The notes under the pieces were generated by a model. It was not told the origin of the DNA and searched no databases. It saw nothing but the letters and a program-made list of their open reading frames with translations. Positions 19,101-29,245 of a stretch of 64,000 bases of DNA are shown here, piece after piece. The position numbers and the translations under genes were made by a program. Each line of letters starts with the position of its first letter. Within the stretch, counting starts at the first letter, position 1. Source of the DNA: an uncultured virus (IMG/VR IMGVR_UViG_3300042564_007246) (taxonomy: Duplodnaviria; Heunggongvirae; Uroviricota; Caudoviricetes); IMG/VR virus record IMGVR_UViG_3300042564_007246. One strand, 5' to 3'.

Positions 19101-20634
19101 TTCATTCTTTAAAAACAAAGAATACTGGATTATATTATCAATAAATAATCTTCCACCATTGTATGACATAAATACAACTGGATTGATAAATATAAACAAC
19201 AATACTGTCACTGGTATTTACAATCAGAAAAATAATTCATTTACTGAATTTAATAAATACAATGTTGGAGCAAAACTTGGCATAGGATCAACGATACCAA
19301 CAAATATTGCTACATGGTATGAGATATCATCTATTGGGTCTTCTAATTCTATGACTGTAAGTGGTGCTGGAATAACTCTAAATAAACAAGATTATTCTAT
19401 AAAGTATGATTTTTCAATAGGAATTAAAGAATCATCTTCAATCGGAGCAAGTACTAATTTTGCATCATATAGTTCTATTGGTTGGAGCTCTGATACTGGA
19501 ACTGCTTATATTAGTTTTATGAAACCTGATGATCAAATATATGCTGCTTTTAACAGAGACTTCTCTGATAGTGATATAAATTTACCTGGTCCTAATAGAT
19601 ACAGAGAGTCTCTTCCTAATTATTATGTAGACGGTTATTGGTCTTTTAATGTAAAAAGTTTTGATCAAGAGAAAAGACTATGTTTATATCCAAGGTCAGT
19701 CTCTATGAAAACACAAACTATCATAGCTTCTGGTGTTTCGGGTAATAATTATATATCAATAGGAAGCACTAATTTTACTCCTAAAATATTAGGTGGGTTA
19801 GCTATATCTCAAAACTCAAATATTGCTTCAGGAACAGCAATATCATATATAATTTATGATTCAACTAATTCAATATATAAAATAAATTTAAATAAAAATC
19901 TTACAGGATCGTTTATTGATAATTTAATTTATGTAGGTACAGGTCAGACAATCCATTTGAGAAGAAGTCAAGATATTTATGTTACTGCTAGATATTATGT
20001 AAATGGTGGTTTGGCTTCTACTAGTTTAGTATTACCAAAATCTTCGACATGGATTACATATTGGAATAAACAAAATAGATATAATTACTCAGTAATTGAT
20101 AAAAATTCTAAACCAGATTTCCTTACTGCTTCTTACAATTTAAATTTAGAAAACTATCAAATACCAAATCAAATAAAATATGTTAATGGATATACTATTG
20201 GAAATTTTGTACCCAAATCTTCAATAGGTACAACTTTTGATTTTAAATTTACATCTTCTTATGGTTTGAAAGTATTCTTTAATGATTCTTCTCAACCAAG
20301 TATAGATCAATGGAAAAATACTTCTGGTGCAGGATACACATGTTCTTACAATATTGATTCAATTTCTAGTCCAATAAAATTTGAGGTTCATTTTTATAAT
20401 TTGTCCTCAAGTATTGGACAAACATTAAAGGCTGAATGGAAGGTACAAGGATCATCAACTTGGCAAGATTTAGATGATTCCTTTTACACAGATTATGTTC
20501 CAGAAATCACAAAATTAGATGATAATAACATACAGAAAATAAGTTATGTAGCTGTAGGAAATACTAGTTCTTCAGTTTCTGCTCCTTATTATGGAGCACC
20601 GCAAAATGACATGTTGACTATAAGGAGTAAGTAA
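16168..20634 (+). CDS. Large virion structural protein (baseplate/tail-like) with C-terminal PA14-like domain
   Basis: 1488 aa, S/N/I-rich. PA14-like GNFVP...FDFKFTSSYGLKVFFN...IDQW...IKFEVHFYN...LKAEW. A beta-sandwich pattern (ITIQIWS...P...YWII) is shared with 21564..24017. Confidence 0.6.
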   Translation: MSTVTRKGLEFIVNQIGKAKYVFKDLIGDTTYIRGNRLEFEKTLLRLKGSSVFNDYDLSKKDPDGIIKSNFTTFDATDNVGFAIQGGKIVIDSKISSFYNSGSWTPQNYSPPSTEGWYIYDYNAWSNYIPKYDSSGIANSNYVIYQFPSVIEPNSGSGRTTFEYPIRYNGSAYSRVQTFNSARWISFKNTSGSSKTEIRAIVPKSTFDGLLNVNPFNNKPLDLGIYSHSYLVSNNIDYTLTLDGTMGVLGSSDVLDPLGFNVQESSSTGSTVAKIRDHWVFDINIPASSSWINNSWIHLGFYWGSYDTYFKTGYPSYSAGSATSFDKNNINSSWYIFNRKNFFVNNINNFISFEKTGINDTNVYVYSNNKTNNTFIDQKYSSPNNSFRYLLNEDITGFASTNSFLSDNLIDKDEFLPVIIASKNKGFQFDKPNLDLTVFLGSPIPLTEIPNIWSDFKYFPQINSDYDILFKIILGYPSVETSEINVDKLDGTFDSNLISIIYIEENAKNSFSPNINDGSVIEFFLPAEISFSTFIRNLEFDKLFDAFSLNVIPRILRYDIDKIKDLNSFTTNTANAFKSIHNLSKNPSDTLLQNNNDSEPKAIQFSKQGSNLIKIFTEEETSKNLAYINSNESYIVDELLYDNAEFEIYQQKDDTELNQNLTGTKLARDYSLKIKFVNKDNTYYVKNLFINASKYLLSDDEYLERQNKNLSLLGYYKNSTLTDIDDYRVHGYAAVVPDLESQSGRLISMKATSPSDSTKVSESAFESALLLNNPSYSPSQISNIKSGFALTSIFYTVDETKFDNKFVGIKDLGITISEYSLDMKPNWINNTLGLLGSENESFIAKPLHIKDLRSDSFLISGLGYTATDNSLNNLENIFDQTLPVGLGSSISQQTHLGSKVIENNKFAIRINPFANVEIKSLKIKLKKTSEYLNPDAKITIQIWSSENNLPLSIIYSGSSVKLDSITNIFDEYEFFINYSFFKNKEYWIILSINNLPPLYDINTTGLININNNTVTGIYNQKNNSFTEFNKYNVGAKLGIGSTIPTNIATWYEISSIGSSNSMTVSGAGITLNKQDYSIKYDFSIGIKESSSIGASTNFASYSSIGWSSDTGTAYISFMKPDDQIYAAFNRDFSDSDINLPGPNRYRESLPNYYVDGYWSFNVKSFDQEKRLCLYPRSVSMKTQTIIASGVSGNNYISIGSTNFTPKILGGLAISQNSNIASGTAISYIIYDSTNSIYKINLNKNLTGSFIDNLIYVGTGQTIHLRRSQDIYVTARYYVNGGLASTSLVLPKSSTWITYWNKQNRYNYSVIDKNSKPDFLTASYNLNLENYQIPNQIKYVNGYTIGNFVPKSSIGTTFDFKFTSSYGLKVFFNDSSQPSIDQWKNTSGAGYTCSYNIDSISSPIKFEVHFYNLSSSIGQTLKAEWKVQGSSTWQDLDDSFYTDYVPEITKLDDNNIQKISYVAVGNTSSSVSAPYYGAPQNDMLTIRSK

Positions 20635-21563
20635 TGGTTCCAAATTATGCTTCAGCCTTGATATTAAACAACATTGTCAAAGCATACAATTTATCAAAAT
20701 CATATTCAGATTCACCAATATCATTAAAAGAGTTTGCAGCCAATTATGATGATGTTGAAAAAGATCTTTATTTACTTTATGGACTATCTCCTATCAAGTC
20801 TAATAATGAAGAATTTGTTCAAGACATTTTAGTACTTGGTAAAGGTTTATCCAAATCAAATCTGCTAAACAATATAGTAGAATTGCCATCTGCCCAGAAT
20901 AATCAATTTGGATTTCAAATATCTGAAATATTGGGAAACAATACAGATATAGCGGATTGTTATATATTTGCTGCAGCATATTTGACTGCAACAACTTCTG
21001 GTATAGATGTGAAATTTTCTTTAGGAAAATCAGTTGATAATAAAACAGGAGAAGTTTTTATATTAGGCAGAGATGTTGATTTAGAAACAGCAAAAAACAT
21101 TCTTCAATATAACAATCAAATTGTTTTTCCACAGCCAAACAATACAGATCAATATACTTTGTTGTTTAAAATGATTTTAGATATCTCAATTTATGATGGT
21201 ACTGAAAAAAATTCAAGAGTATTAATTTCTATTTTAGATGAAAGAAAACCCAGAAGTTTTTATTCAGTGTCAGAAGAAAATGCAGCCGCAATAATCACAC
21301 CTGCGATGTTCAGTTTTGACAAAAAGTATAATTTTATGGTTAGTACCCAATTTAATGCATTGTCCCAAATAGTCAATGATTGGGTTAATTTAGATTCTTG
21401 GGATCCTGATTTTGCAACATATTGGTATAACTCTCAAAAACCTTTACCAACTGATCTTAAAGATTTTATAATAAGTATTGGAATAGATATAAGTTATCAC
21501 ATTGAATCTACTGGTATAGCAACTAAGCAAGTTTTTGGTACAGCAAGATTGGATAGTATATAA
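20634..21563 (+). CDS. Hypothetical structural-operon protein
   Basis: 309-aa ORF, translationally coupled within the tail operon. Confidence 0.7.
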   Translation: MVPNYASALILNNIVKAYNLSKSYSDSPISLKEFAANYDDVEKDLYLLYGLSPIKSNNEEFVQDILVLGKGLSKSNLLNNIVELPSAQNNQFGFQISEILGNNTDIADCYIFAAAYLTATTSGIDVKFSLGKSVDNKTGEVFILGRDVDLETAKNILQYNNQIVFPQPNNTDQYTLLFKMILDISIYDGTEKNSRVLISILDERKPRSFYSVSEENAAAIITPAMFSFDKKYNFMVSTQFNALSQIVNDWVNLDSWDPDFATYWYNSQKPLPTDLKDFIISIGIDISYHIESTGIATKQVFGTARLDSI

Positions 21564-24017
21564 ATGGCAATATCATCAAAAATTGAGGAAGTAATTTTAG
21601 AAATTACCAAAACTGCTGGGAATATTTCAGATTCCTTAAAAATAGGAATTGGAGAAACAAATATTCCAGGTTCTTCTATTTTTGAGATCAATAATTTATT
21701 GTCTGTAGCTAACACAGGATATCCATTTTTTGGAATTGTTGAAACTGATACATTAGGTTTTCAAGCATCTTACAGTGCATCCGATGACAGATATAATGTC
21801 AAAATATCAAGTGGAAAAGTTTCATATAATGGCAGTTTGATAGATCTTTTAGAACAAAAAGTTTCTATAAAAAAAGATTTTATAAAAGATTACAATCTTA
21901 CAGCTTTTGGGGCTACAGCATATAAATATGGAATTACAATTGGATTTCCACTATCTGAAGCAGAAAAATCTATACAAACTTACAATACTTCAGTAAATGC
22001 AACATCATTATCTGGCACAAATGTTTTATATGTAACGTCAACATCAAATGCTAAAACTCTAGGATTTCCTTTAGAAGCACATGTTGGCTCTATTTATTTA
22101 AGATTTATTGGTGTTAATGATTTAGATACTGGTTTGATCATTGATTCTACATTTTACAATGGATCTCAGTATGGGGTGTTGCCAAGCACTATTATAGAAA
22201 ACACTCCTGTAAAATTTGTATATCAACCCAAGTTACAATATATATCTGGATTCCCAATTTCTACCAGTTCTAGTGATCCAAGTCTTTTTCACTATTTTCC
22301 ACCATTACCTTCATCTTGGTTACCAGTTGCAAAAGTGTTAGTAGAGGATCCAAATTTTCCCATTATTGCAGGCACTGGAAGAACTGCTTTTATAAGAACT
22401 GTTGTAGATATTCCAACCAATACTTCAACTAATAAAATATTAGGTGACTCAGCTGATGTAAGCAATGTAATTCAAAGTTGTAACTCTGCTATTGACAACT
22501 TAAGAAATTACAGAAAAAATGCTGTGATTACAAGTGTTGTCAATGCACTAAATCAATATACATATGCCTTGACATCTGTTACCAATTTAAAAATAAGCCA
22601 ATATTGGTCTTTGCAGCCATTTAGACCAACTCAATACTATTCAAAAGGTTTATCCTTTTCTGGACTTGAAAGATTTGAGTTTCCATCTAATTTTGCTGAA
22701 GCTTATTACAATATAACTGGTCAAGATTTACAACATACATTTGCAGTATTTAGAGGAGATTTGATTGATTATAATCAAGCTGCCCTTGGCTCAACTACTA
22801 TCAATTCTTCAGCAATAACTGCAACTGTAATACCTTGCGCAGCAAACTATTCGTCTTTGACATCCGGAACTCAAATATATGGAGTTTCTGGAGTAAGAAG
22901 TATTGCTTTAGATGAGTATCTTGAAACTGTACCATCATATTCAAGTAAAATATCAACTACTATAACTTCAAATAATTATATGGTTGAATTGAATTGGTCA
23001 GGAAGTGGAGTAACTGATTCACTATTTTATCATATTTATAAAAGACCAAATCTATCAAGTGAACTTACAGAAAATAGAATTACAAATATTGATGAAATTA
23101 AAAATTATCCATATTTTACTGGTTTAGCAATCACTGATACAACAAGCTATACTGTTCCAAGATTTTCAGCTATTTCAATAATTCCTAATGAAGATTGTTT
23201 TGTTGGTGGAGTGACATTGAAATTTGGCTTTAGCGCCCCAGGGCAAACTGCGTCAATAGGTTCTACTGGTGTTAATATTGCACTGTATGGAAACTCAGCT
23301 GGAGCACCTGATTCATCAACTCTTTTAGCATATACTGACACACTAAGATATGAAGATGTATCAGAGGGCTTTGGAGCATATACTGTAAAGTTTGACACAG
23401 GTATCAACTTAGATGCATCCACACAATATTGGCTAGTTATAGACAAACCAACCAATCTCACTGTTGGTACTGGTTCAACTGAAATGATTACAAGAGTCAT
23501 TAATTCAGGAACCAGCAAATTATTGTCAAGTAGTTCTTTTGGTTCATGGGTTGATTCTGGAAAAACACCATATGTAAAACTTCGTGGTTACCTTGATAAT
23601 GGTTCTTCATTGGGAACAAATTACAAAAGAGGAATAAAATTCACTAATAAAATAGCTAATAAACCTAGAAGATTATCAGTGTATGTTCCTCCTGTAGAAA
23701 ATATAATAAATAATACAGGTTTGATATTAAATGGAAATACAACTGGTACAGCTTTTTCTACTGATACTTCTATAAAAAATGAGCTTTTAGTAACTGTATA
23801 TGCAAGAAATGGTACAGGCGGAACTACAACAGTAATGTCCACTTTAGTACCAAAGGGCACCATTAGAGATACAAGATTTTTACTTGGTGCAGACACTGAT
23901 TTATTTGACAGAGTAGATAATATAATTGTAAGTCCTGGCACTGATTTGACAAGAGTAAACAATGGTCCAATTATTTGGGACATATATGATCTAATCACTG
24001 TCGAGACGGAACCATAG
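21564..24017 (+). CDS. Virion structural protein (baseplate/tail-like, beta-rich)
   Basis: 817 aa, T/S/G-rich. Fn3-like ELNWSG...YHIYKR and beta-sandwich VNIALYG...P...YWLVI. Confidence 0.6.
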   Translation: MAISSKIEEVILEITKTAGNISDSLKIGIGETNIPGSSIFEINNLLSVANTGYPFFGIVETDTLGFQASYSASDDRYNVKISSGKVSYNGSLIDLLEQKVSIKKDFIKDYNLTAFGATAYKYGITIGFPLSEAEKSIQTYNTSVNATSLSGTNVLYVTSTSNAKTLGFPLEAHVGSIYLRFIGVNDLDTGLIIDSTFYNGSQYGVLPSTIIENTPVKFVYQPKLQYISGFPISTSSSDPSLFHYFPPLPSSWLPVAKVLVEDPNFPIIAGTGRTAFIRTVVDIPTNTSTNKILGDSADVSNVIQSCNSAIDNLRNYRKNAVITSVVNALNQYTYALTSVTNLKISQYWSLQPFRPTQYYSKGLSFSGLERFEFPSNFAEAYYNITGQDLQHTFAVFRGDLIDYNQAALGSTTINSSAITATVIPCAANYSSLTSGTQIYGVSGVRSIALDEYLETVPSYSSKISTTITSNNYMVELNWSGSGVTDSLFYHIYKRPNLSSELTENRITNIDEIKNYPYFTGLAITDTTSYTVPRFSAISIIPNEDCFVGGVTLKFGFSAPGQTASIGSTGVNIALYGNSAGAPDSSTLLAYTDTLRYEDVSEGFGAYTVKFDTGINLDASTQYWLVIDKPTNLTVGTGSTEMITRVINSGTSKLLSSSSFGSWVDSGKTPYVKLRGYLDNGSSLGTNYKRGIKFTNKIANKPRRLSVYVPPVENIINNTGLILNGNTTGTAFSTDTSIKNELLVTVYARNGTGGTTTVMSTLVPKGTIRDTRFLLGADTDLFDRVDNIIVSPGTDLTRVNNGPIIWDIYDLITVETEP

Positions 24018-24033
24018 GTCTCAGGAGACTTAA

Positions 24034-26892
24034 ATGGCAACGCTTACAACATATTTTACTACGCAAGCCCAAACAAATAATCCAAGTTCAAGAACTGGTT
24101 GGGATTGGTCTTTAACTGGAAATACTGCAGCTTTAGATGGAAGTGTAGTTTTTCAATCTTATCCAGTTGAAAATTTTATTCTATCATCTCAAACTGACTT
24201 TCTTGATTTAACTGATATTGCAACTAAGCTTCCTGATGGAGCACAAATTCAAGGTGTAAGTGTTAGAATTTTTAAATCTTCTGGGTCAGATTTTCCAGAC
24301 TTTTTATTTACCACTGATCTTAAAGTTCAATTTATTTATAATGGTGCGCTTCGCGGTCAAGATAAAGCAGATACTTCAACTCTTTGGACAGATCCAGGTT
24401 CTTATGATACATATGGTGGAAGTACAGATCTTTGGAATTATGAATTTACAACTGGTGGAGACTCCCTTACATCAAGTTATTATGTAAATCAACCTTTTTT
24501 TGGATTAAGAATTGCAGCTACTTTTGCAGGTGCTAATACTCAAAAAAATGTACTTACATTATCCATTGATCATGTAGAAATAACTTTTTACTATACAGAA
24601 GCACCTATTGAACCAACTGGAGTAGAGTCAGGGCAAATACAGTCAAATGTAAACAGACTTGCACCTGGTGAAATAAATTTTAGACTAAATGCATTGGTTA
24701 GTTCAAATAACTTATCTAATGTTAACAGATTAGTTGCAACTAACAGATTTGGCTTAAGTACTTCAGTCAATCTTAGATCACCAACTCTTCCAATAACTCA
24801 CTATTTATCTCCTATTGCAAAGATATATGCAACAGGATTAACTTCACCTTTAGTTGGCAGTCACAGAATTTATGCTGAATATGATATTCAACACTTAGGT
24901 ATCTCTAGTTTAGAAACCATATCTAACGGTCATATTTTAATACCAGGAAATGTAAATATTGGACATTCTTCTATTACAAGTGAAGAAAGTTTAACGGGAC
25001 ATAGATTGTTTGCTCAAGCAAATATTTATCATCAAGGGTTTGGAGTAGATGAGTCTGTAAACAATCCAACATTAATTCCAGTAGCATATATTTATCCTGG
25101 GTCTACAGATTCAACTAATATTATAGATGGTAACAATCAACTATTTTCTATCGCAAAAATTTATCATATTTCACCTTTTGATAAACCTGAAATTGGATGG
25201 TCTGATGGAGCTCATGGAGTTTATTTAGATCCATTGGCATATATTTATGTCAATAATCATGCTAAAGGTCAACCAGGATATTCTCCATTTACCTCACCAG
25301 TCTTCAATAATGATCTTGCTATAGAATTTCCTCTTAATATATATCCTGAAGGTTTGATGACCAATGAAGTGAGTTCGATACATTTCCTTGGAAAAACATA
25401 CGGAGAAATATATCCACCGGGAATCATTACTGATGAAATCGATTCTATACATCAAATAACAAAAGAAAAAAATATATACCCACCACCTATATCTGATAAT
25501 AATAAAGATGATGGATTAGGTTTACATGAATTGTTATGGAAAAGAAATACTATTAATTTCTTCAATTCAATATATAGTCCAGCATACGAAGTTGGTTATT
25601 TTGATTGTATGGCACTCACAAGAGATGTCAACAATGACCCACAATATGACTTAAGTTATAATAGCATCAACACAAACTATCTTTTCTCTGTTGATAACAT
25701 AAATATGCAATATGCTCAACAGGCAGATGCATCAAGTAGATATGCTGGTGAAGGTGCTGTATCTAATACATTTAAAATCAATAAAAAAGATTATTCATTG
25801 TCGTTTACATTGCCAATAAAAATAGAATCATGGGGATATGTAGACAATGTGTTTGCAGCTCTTTATGATTATTGTCTACAAGGATATAAAGGCACTCCTA
25901 CAAGTTATGTAGGGAGATTGACATCGTCTGATGCATCTATTGGAGCTACAAATGCGATTAAAATTGACAATATATCTGATTTTATAACATTAGATCCTGG
26001 CACAATAATTTACACAAGAAGTGATGACAACTCAAATATTATCGAGGGTCTTGAATTAGATTATGTAAGTAAATCAGAAAAGGTAGTTTACTTTACAGGC
26101 ACTGGTTCAACACAATCTTATCAAACTGATATTTCATATTTATGGTCCAAACCAGAAACAGACGACAGAGAACCATCATTCTCATTATTTTCTCTCAGAG
26201 AAGGTTTGATAAGTGGTTGTATGGTTGACAAAATATCAATGACCATTACTCCTGGAAACTCTGTTGTTGCTAATGTCGATATGAAATTTACAAATATAGA
26301 TAGAGAATATCAGAAAAACATTTTGGCTAATTTCAATAGTTTGGTAGCAAATATAAACAAAAGAAAACCTAATTATTTACTTTCTGGTGCACAATTTAGA
26401 CTTTACAATACAACTTCAGACGCTGGGTATTTTAACTTAGGATTACCTATTGACAGAAAAGTATTCCGTGGATTCCAAGAAACTGATATTAAGAATTTTG
26501 AGATTAATGAAATAACAATTGACATATCAAATAATCTTGAACCTATCTATACATTGAATTCTAAAAGTAGTATTGAAAAAGAAAATAGTGACAATAATTT
26601 GAAACCTTATGGATATTATTCCAATGGAAGAACTATAAATGGCACTATTACATATTCTAGTCCTATTAAACCTTGGTTATTTGCTGAAAAATTATCCGGT
26701 CCATCAAGTATAAATAATGGTGGGATTATATTTGATTTCGGTCCATTCAAAATGAATTTGCCACAAATTGTATGGTCACCTCAAAGTTCTGAATCTTCCA
26801 TGGAAAAAGTACATCAAAAGAAAGTCAACTGGGCAGCAGTAACTAACAGTTTTGTATTTGATCCATATTTGGAACCAACTGGAATATTTTAA
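24034..26892 (+). CDS. Tail protein: N-terminal beta domain, repeat shaft, C-terminal tail-tube-like domain
   Basis: GGAGA RBS. About 21-23-aa IYxxG...H repeats. C-terminal GCMVDKISMT...ITIDISNNL...GRTINGTITY resembles tail-tube signatures. Confidence 0.55.
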   Translation: MATLTTYFTTQAQTNNPSSRTGWDWSLTGNTAALDGSVVFQSYPVENFILSSQTDFLDLTDIATKLPDGAQIQGVSVRIFKSSGSDFPDFLFTTDLKVQFIYNGALRGQDKADTSTLWTDPGSYDTYGGSTDLWNYEFTTGGDSLTSSYYVNQPFFGLRIAATFAGANTQKNVLTLSIDHVEITFYYTEAPIEPTGVESGQIQSNVNRLAPGEINFRLNALVSSNNLSNVNRLVATNRFGLSTSVNLRSPTLPITHYLSPIAKIYATGLTSPLVGSHRIYAEYDIQHLGISSLETISNGHILIPGNVNIGHSSITSEESLTGHRLFAQANIYHQGFGVDESVNNPTLIPVAYIYPGSTDSTNIIDGNNQLFSIAKIYHISPFDKPEIGWSDGAHGVYLDPLAYIYVNNHAKGQPGYSPFTSPVFNNDLAIEFPLNIYPEGLMTNEVSSIHFLGKTYGEIYPPGIITDEIDSIHQITKEKNIYPPPISDNNKDDGLGLHELLWKRNTINFFNSIYSPAYEVGYFDCMALTRDVNNDPQYDLSYNSINTNYLFSVDNINMQYAQQADASSRYAGEGAVSNTFKINKKDYSLSFTLPIKIESWGYVDNVFAALYDYCLQGYKGTPTSYVGRLTSSDASIGATNAIKIDNISDFITLDPGTIIYTRSDDNSNIIEGLELDYVSKSEKVVYFTGTGSTQSYQTDISYLWSKPETDDREPSFSLFSLREGLISGCMVDKISMTITPGNSVVANVDMKFTNIDREYQKNILANFNSLVANINKRKPNYLLSGAQFRLYNTTSDAGYFNLGLPIDRKVFRGFQETDIKNFEINEITIDISNNLEPIYTLNSKSSIEKENSDNNLKPYGYYSNGRTINGTITYSSPIKPWLFAEKLSGPSSINNGGIIFDFGPFKMNLPQIVWSPQSSESSMEKVHQKKVNWAAVTNSFVFDPYLEPTGIF

Positions 26893-27290
26893 TGGATATA
26901 TTTGTATCAAAAGAAACTCAAAAAATTAATATTTATTGCAAAACGATTTTAGATAATAATGGAAAATTCGTCAAACTAAAAGTAAATGATGATTGGGACA
27001 CTGTTATAGAATGTGATGTTTTGGGAAGAGACTTTGAAAAAATGTCAAAAGTCATTGAAGATTCTAGCATCATTAATTCTGTAACTGGTAAACCTATGCT
27101 GAGAACATCAATACTTTGCAGATCAATTTTGTTATTTTTTTATAAAAGAATATTAGTCAAAAAAAGAGATGGTAGTTCGGAATCAGAAATTAGTTTGAGT
27201 TCAGAAAATATCAATAGAATGGATTATGACATAGTTAAGGAACTAGCCAATAAATGGTTAGCATTAACTAGTGGTAAATTAAATGGCTGA
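26892..27290 (+). CDS. Putative tail assembly chaperone-like protein
   Basis: Small protein directly after the tube-like gene; positional inference. Confidence 0.4.
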   Translation: MDIFVSKETQKINIYCKTILDNNGKFVKLKVNDDWDTVIECDVLGRDFEKMSKVIEDSSIINSVTGKPMLRTSILCRSILLFFYKRILVKKRDGSSESEISLSSENINRMDYDIVKELANKWLALTSGKLNG

Positions 27291-28656
27291 CTACACAATA
27301 AATAATGTGATTTTAGGAACACCTTCTAAAAGTCACAACATCATGGTTATGTCTTTATTTGAAAAAAATAAGGATATTTTTAAGATGTTAAAATTATCTA
27401 TGGGTAGCACAGTAAATAACAAAGCAAAAAGATTTATCAGCGCTTACATTTGGGATTTATGGACATTAGGTCAAATTACTTCTGACGAATTTGATAATCC
27501 AAGAAGACCTGGTCATTACATGATTAGATCTAAAGACCCAAGATGGAAAAAAATATATACCAATAATTTTAATGACAATTCTGGATCAGGTATTTACAAT
27601 AAACTCAATAACTTTACACCTTTAGCGGTGCAGAATCATCCAACGTATACAGGGCAAAAGTACAGTTGTGAATTCTCTTTTTCTCCATTGATCAATATTG
27701 GATTTAATCCTGAAACAGTTTCAACAATTGCATCAACAGATCCTGAGTTTCCAACATTAATTAGTGACCAATATGAAGCAGAACAAACAATATATTTAGC
27801 ATCAAGAATACCAATGTTTCCTTTGATGATATGCTCAACAGTTCCAGCGCATTACACTTATGGACCTGTTTTTCCAACAAACATTACATTGACATGTTCT
27901 GGATCAGGAAACTTGCCTATAGTAAGTGTAACGTGCAATTTTGAAGGTGGTAAAACAATAACATCTCCACCTTTTGAATCAGAAGATTACAAAAAGCCAA
28001 CACCAGAGCCTGTCACTATCAACACAATGAACGATTTAAATAATGTTCCAATTGTTGAAAGAGCAACATTATATAATTTTGGAGTTGATTATCACAGATA
28101 CAGATCAGCAAATATGGTTGACTGTATGATAGATTTCAAGGAATATGCAACCTTGGGAGATATGAGAATTGCTATCAATAATAGTATCAACTATCCTCCA
28201 GCATTTAAAATTATAGGATTTGATTTAGTAATTAATCAAACTATAGATTTACAGTTTACATATCCTGGAGCATTGACTAACAACTTTGTTATGGAATATT
28301 TTGGTGACAAGATCGGTCCCAAATTTGCTGCATTAAGTGACAGAACTGTATCTGGAACAATCACTTTCTTTTCATTTGATAAAGATGTTGTATTACCAAA
28401 CACTAGTGGTTTAACAATGTATTTTGGTGGTCCATTTTTCTACTCCATGAGATATGTTGATTGGAACAATCCAACTGTGTCTATTGAACCTAATTCAGGA
28501 TATACTCATAAGTATACTTTCAAAGCAAGACTAACTGATGATGTAAGCTTCCCGCAATCAGATAATTTAGATCAAATTGTATCTGAATTCACTGGAGCCC
28601 CAACATTCACTATTCAATCATTCTTTGATTTGCTAAAACAATGGTTTAGATTCTAG
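27283..28656 (+). CDS. Second tail-tube-like protein
   Basis: ITLTCSG...VTCNFEG...GFDLVINQTI...DRTVSGTITF parallels the tube-like pattern of 24034..26892. Confidence 0.45.
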   Translation: MADYTINNVILGTPSKSHNIMVMSLFEKNKDIFKMLKLSMGSTVNNKAKRFISAYIWDLWTLGQITSDEFDNPRRPGHYMIRSKDPRWKKIYTNNFNDNSGSGIYNKLNNFTPLAVQNHPTYTGQKYSCEFSFSPLINIGFNPETVSTIASTDPEFPTLISDQYEAEQTIYLASRIPMFPLMICSTVPAHYTYGPVFPTNITLTCSGSGNLPIVSVTCNFEGGKTITSPPFESEDYKKPTPEPVTINTMNDLNNVPIVERATLYNFGVDYHRYRSANMVDCMIDFKEYATLGDMRIAINNSINYPPAFKIIGFDLVINQTIDLQFTYPGALTNNFVMEYFGDKIGPKFAALSDRTVSGTITFFSFDKDVVLPNTSGLTMYFGGPFFYSMRYVDWNNPTVSIEPNSGYTHKYTFKARLTDDVSFPQSDNLDQIVSEFTGAPTFTIQSFFDLLKQWFRF

Positions 28657-28657
28657 T

Positions 28658-29245
28658 ATGGAAAAAATTGAAGCACTAAAGTTCTTACTTGATTGGATAG
28701 ATAATCAAACAACAAATGATTATGTCTTAAATTCATTTAAACCTAACTTGTCTAATAAATTTATTTTAGAAAATAAATATGAAGTTTATTTAAAGAGTAT
28801 TTCATGGAAAGCTTTATTATCTATTGATGCTAAGTCATTTAATAAAAATGCTCAAGGTATTTATTTTAGTACAGAAATACAAAAAAGAGAAATATTAAAG
28901 TATGGTCTTGAAAAAATTAAAAATATTTCAAGTAATAAAGAATACTCTGATGACCTACTGAGTATTTTGTCTTATGATGCAGTTGAAAAAATTTGGATTG
29001 AATATCAAAATATTCTTCACTTGACAGCTGAAGAGGCAAATATTATTTATAATTCAGCTAAGAAATATTTTAATAGCGAGAATAATGATCTTTATCCTGT
29101 ACTACCAGAAGTGATAGAAATGGACTATATTCTAAAAGGTATAGTTTCTTTGAGTAGAACAGAGTTTAATAATTTGTCATCTAAAGAGTTTGAAATTATG
29201 CAATTAGTTTTATCTACAAAAAATGAAGTTTTAAAACAATTTTAA
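28658..29245 (+). CDS. Hypothetical protein (chaperone-like position)
   Basis: 195 aa, last gene of the + strand tail run. Its 3' end overlaps the convergent sugar-island gene. Confidence 0.6.
   Translation: MEKIEALKFLLDWIDNQTTNDYVLNSFKPNLSNKFILENKYEVYLKSISWKALLSIDAKSFNKNAQGIYFSTEIQKREILKYGLEKIKNISSNKEYSDDLLSILSYDAVEKIWIEYQNILHLTAEEANIIYNSAKKYFNSENNDLYPVLPEVIEMDYILKGIVSLSRTEFNNLSSKEFEIMQLVLSTKNEVLKQF

Noticed and set aside
27155..27170. A-run in the chaperone-like gene as a tail-chaperone -1 frameshift site
   Set aside because: The phase does not fit a clean X XXY YYZ heptamer, and A-runs are ubiquitous in this sequence.
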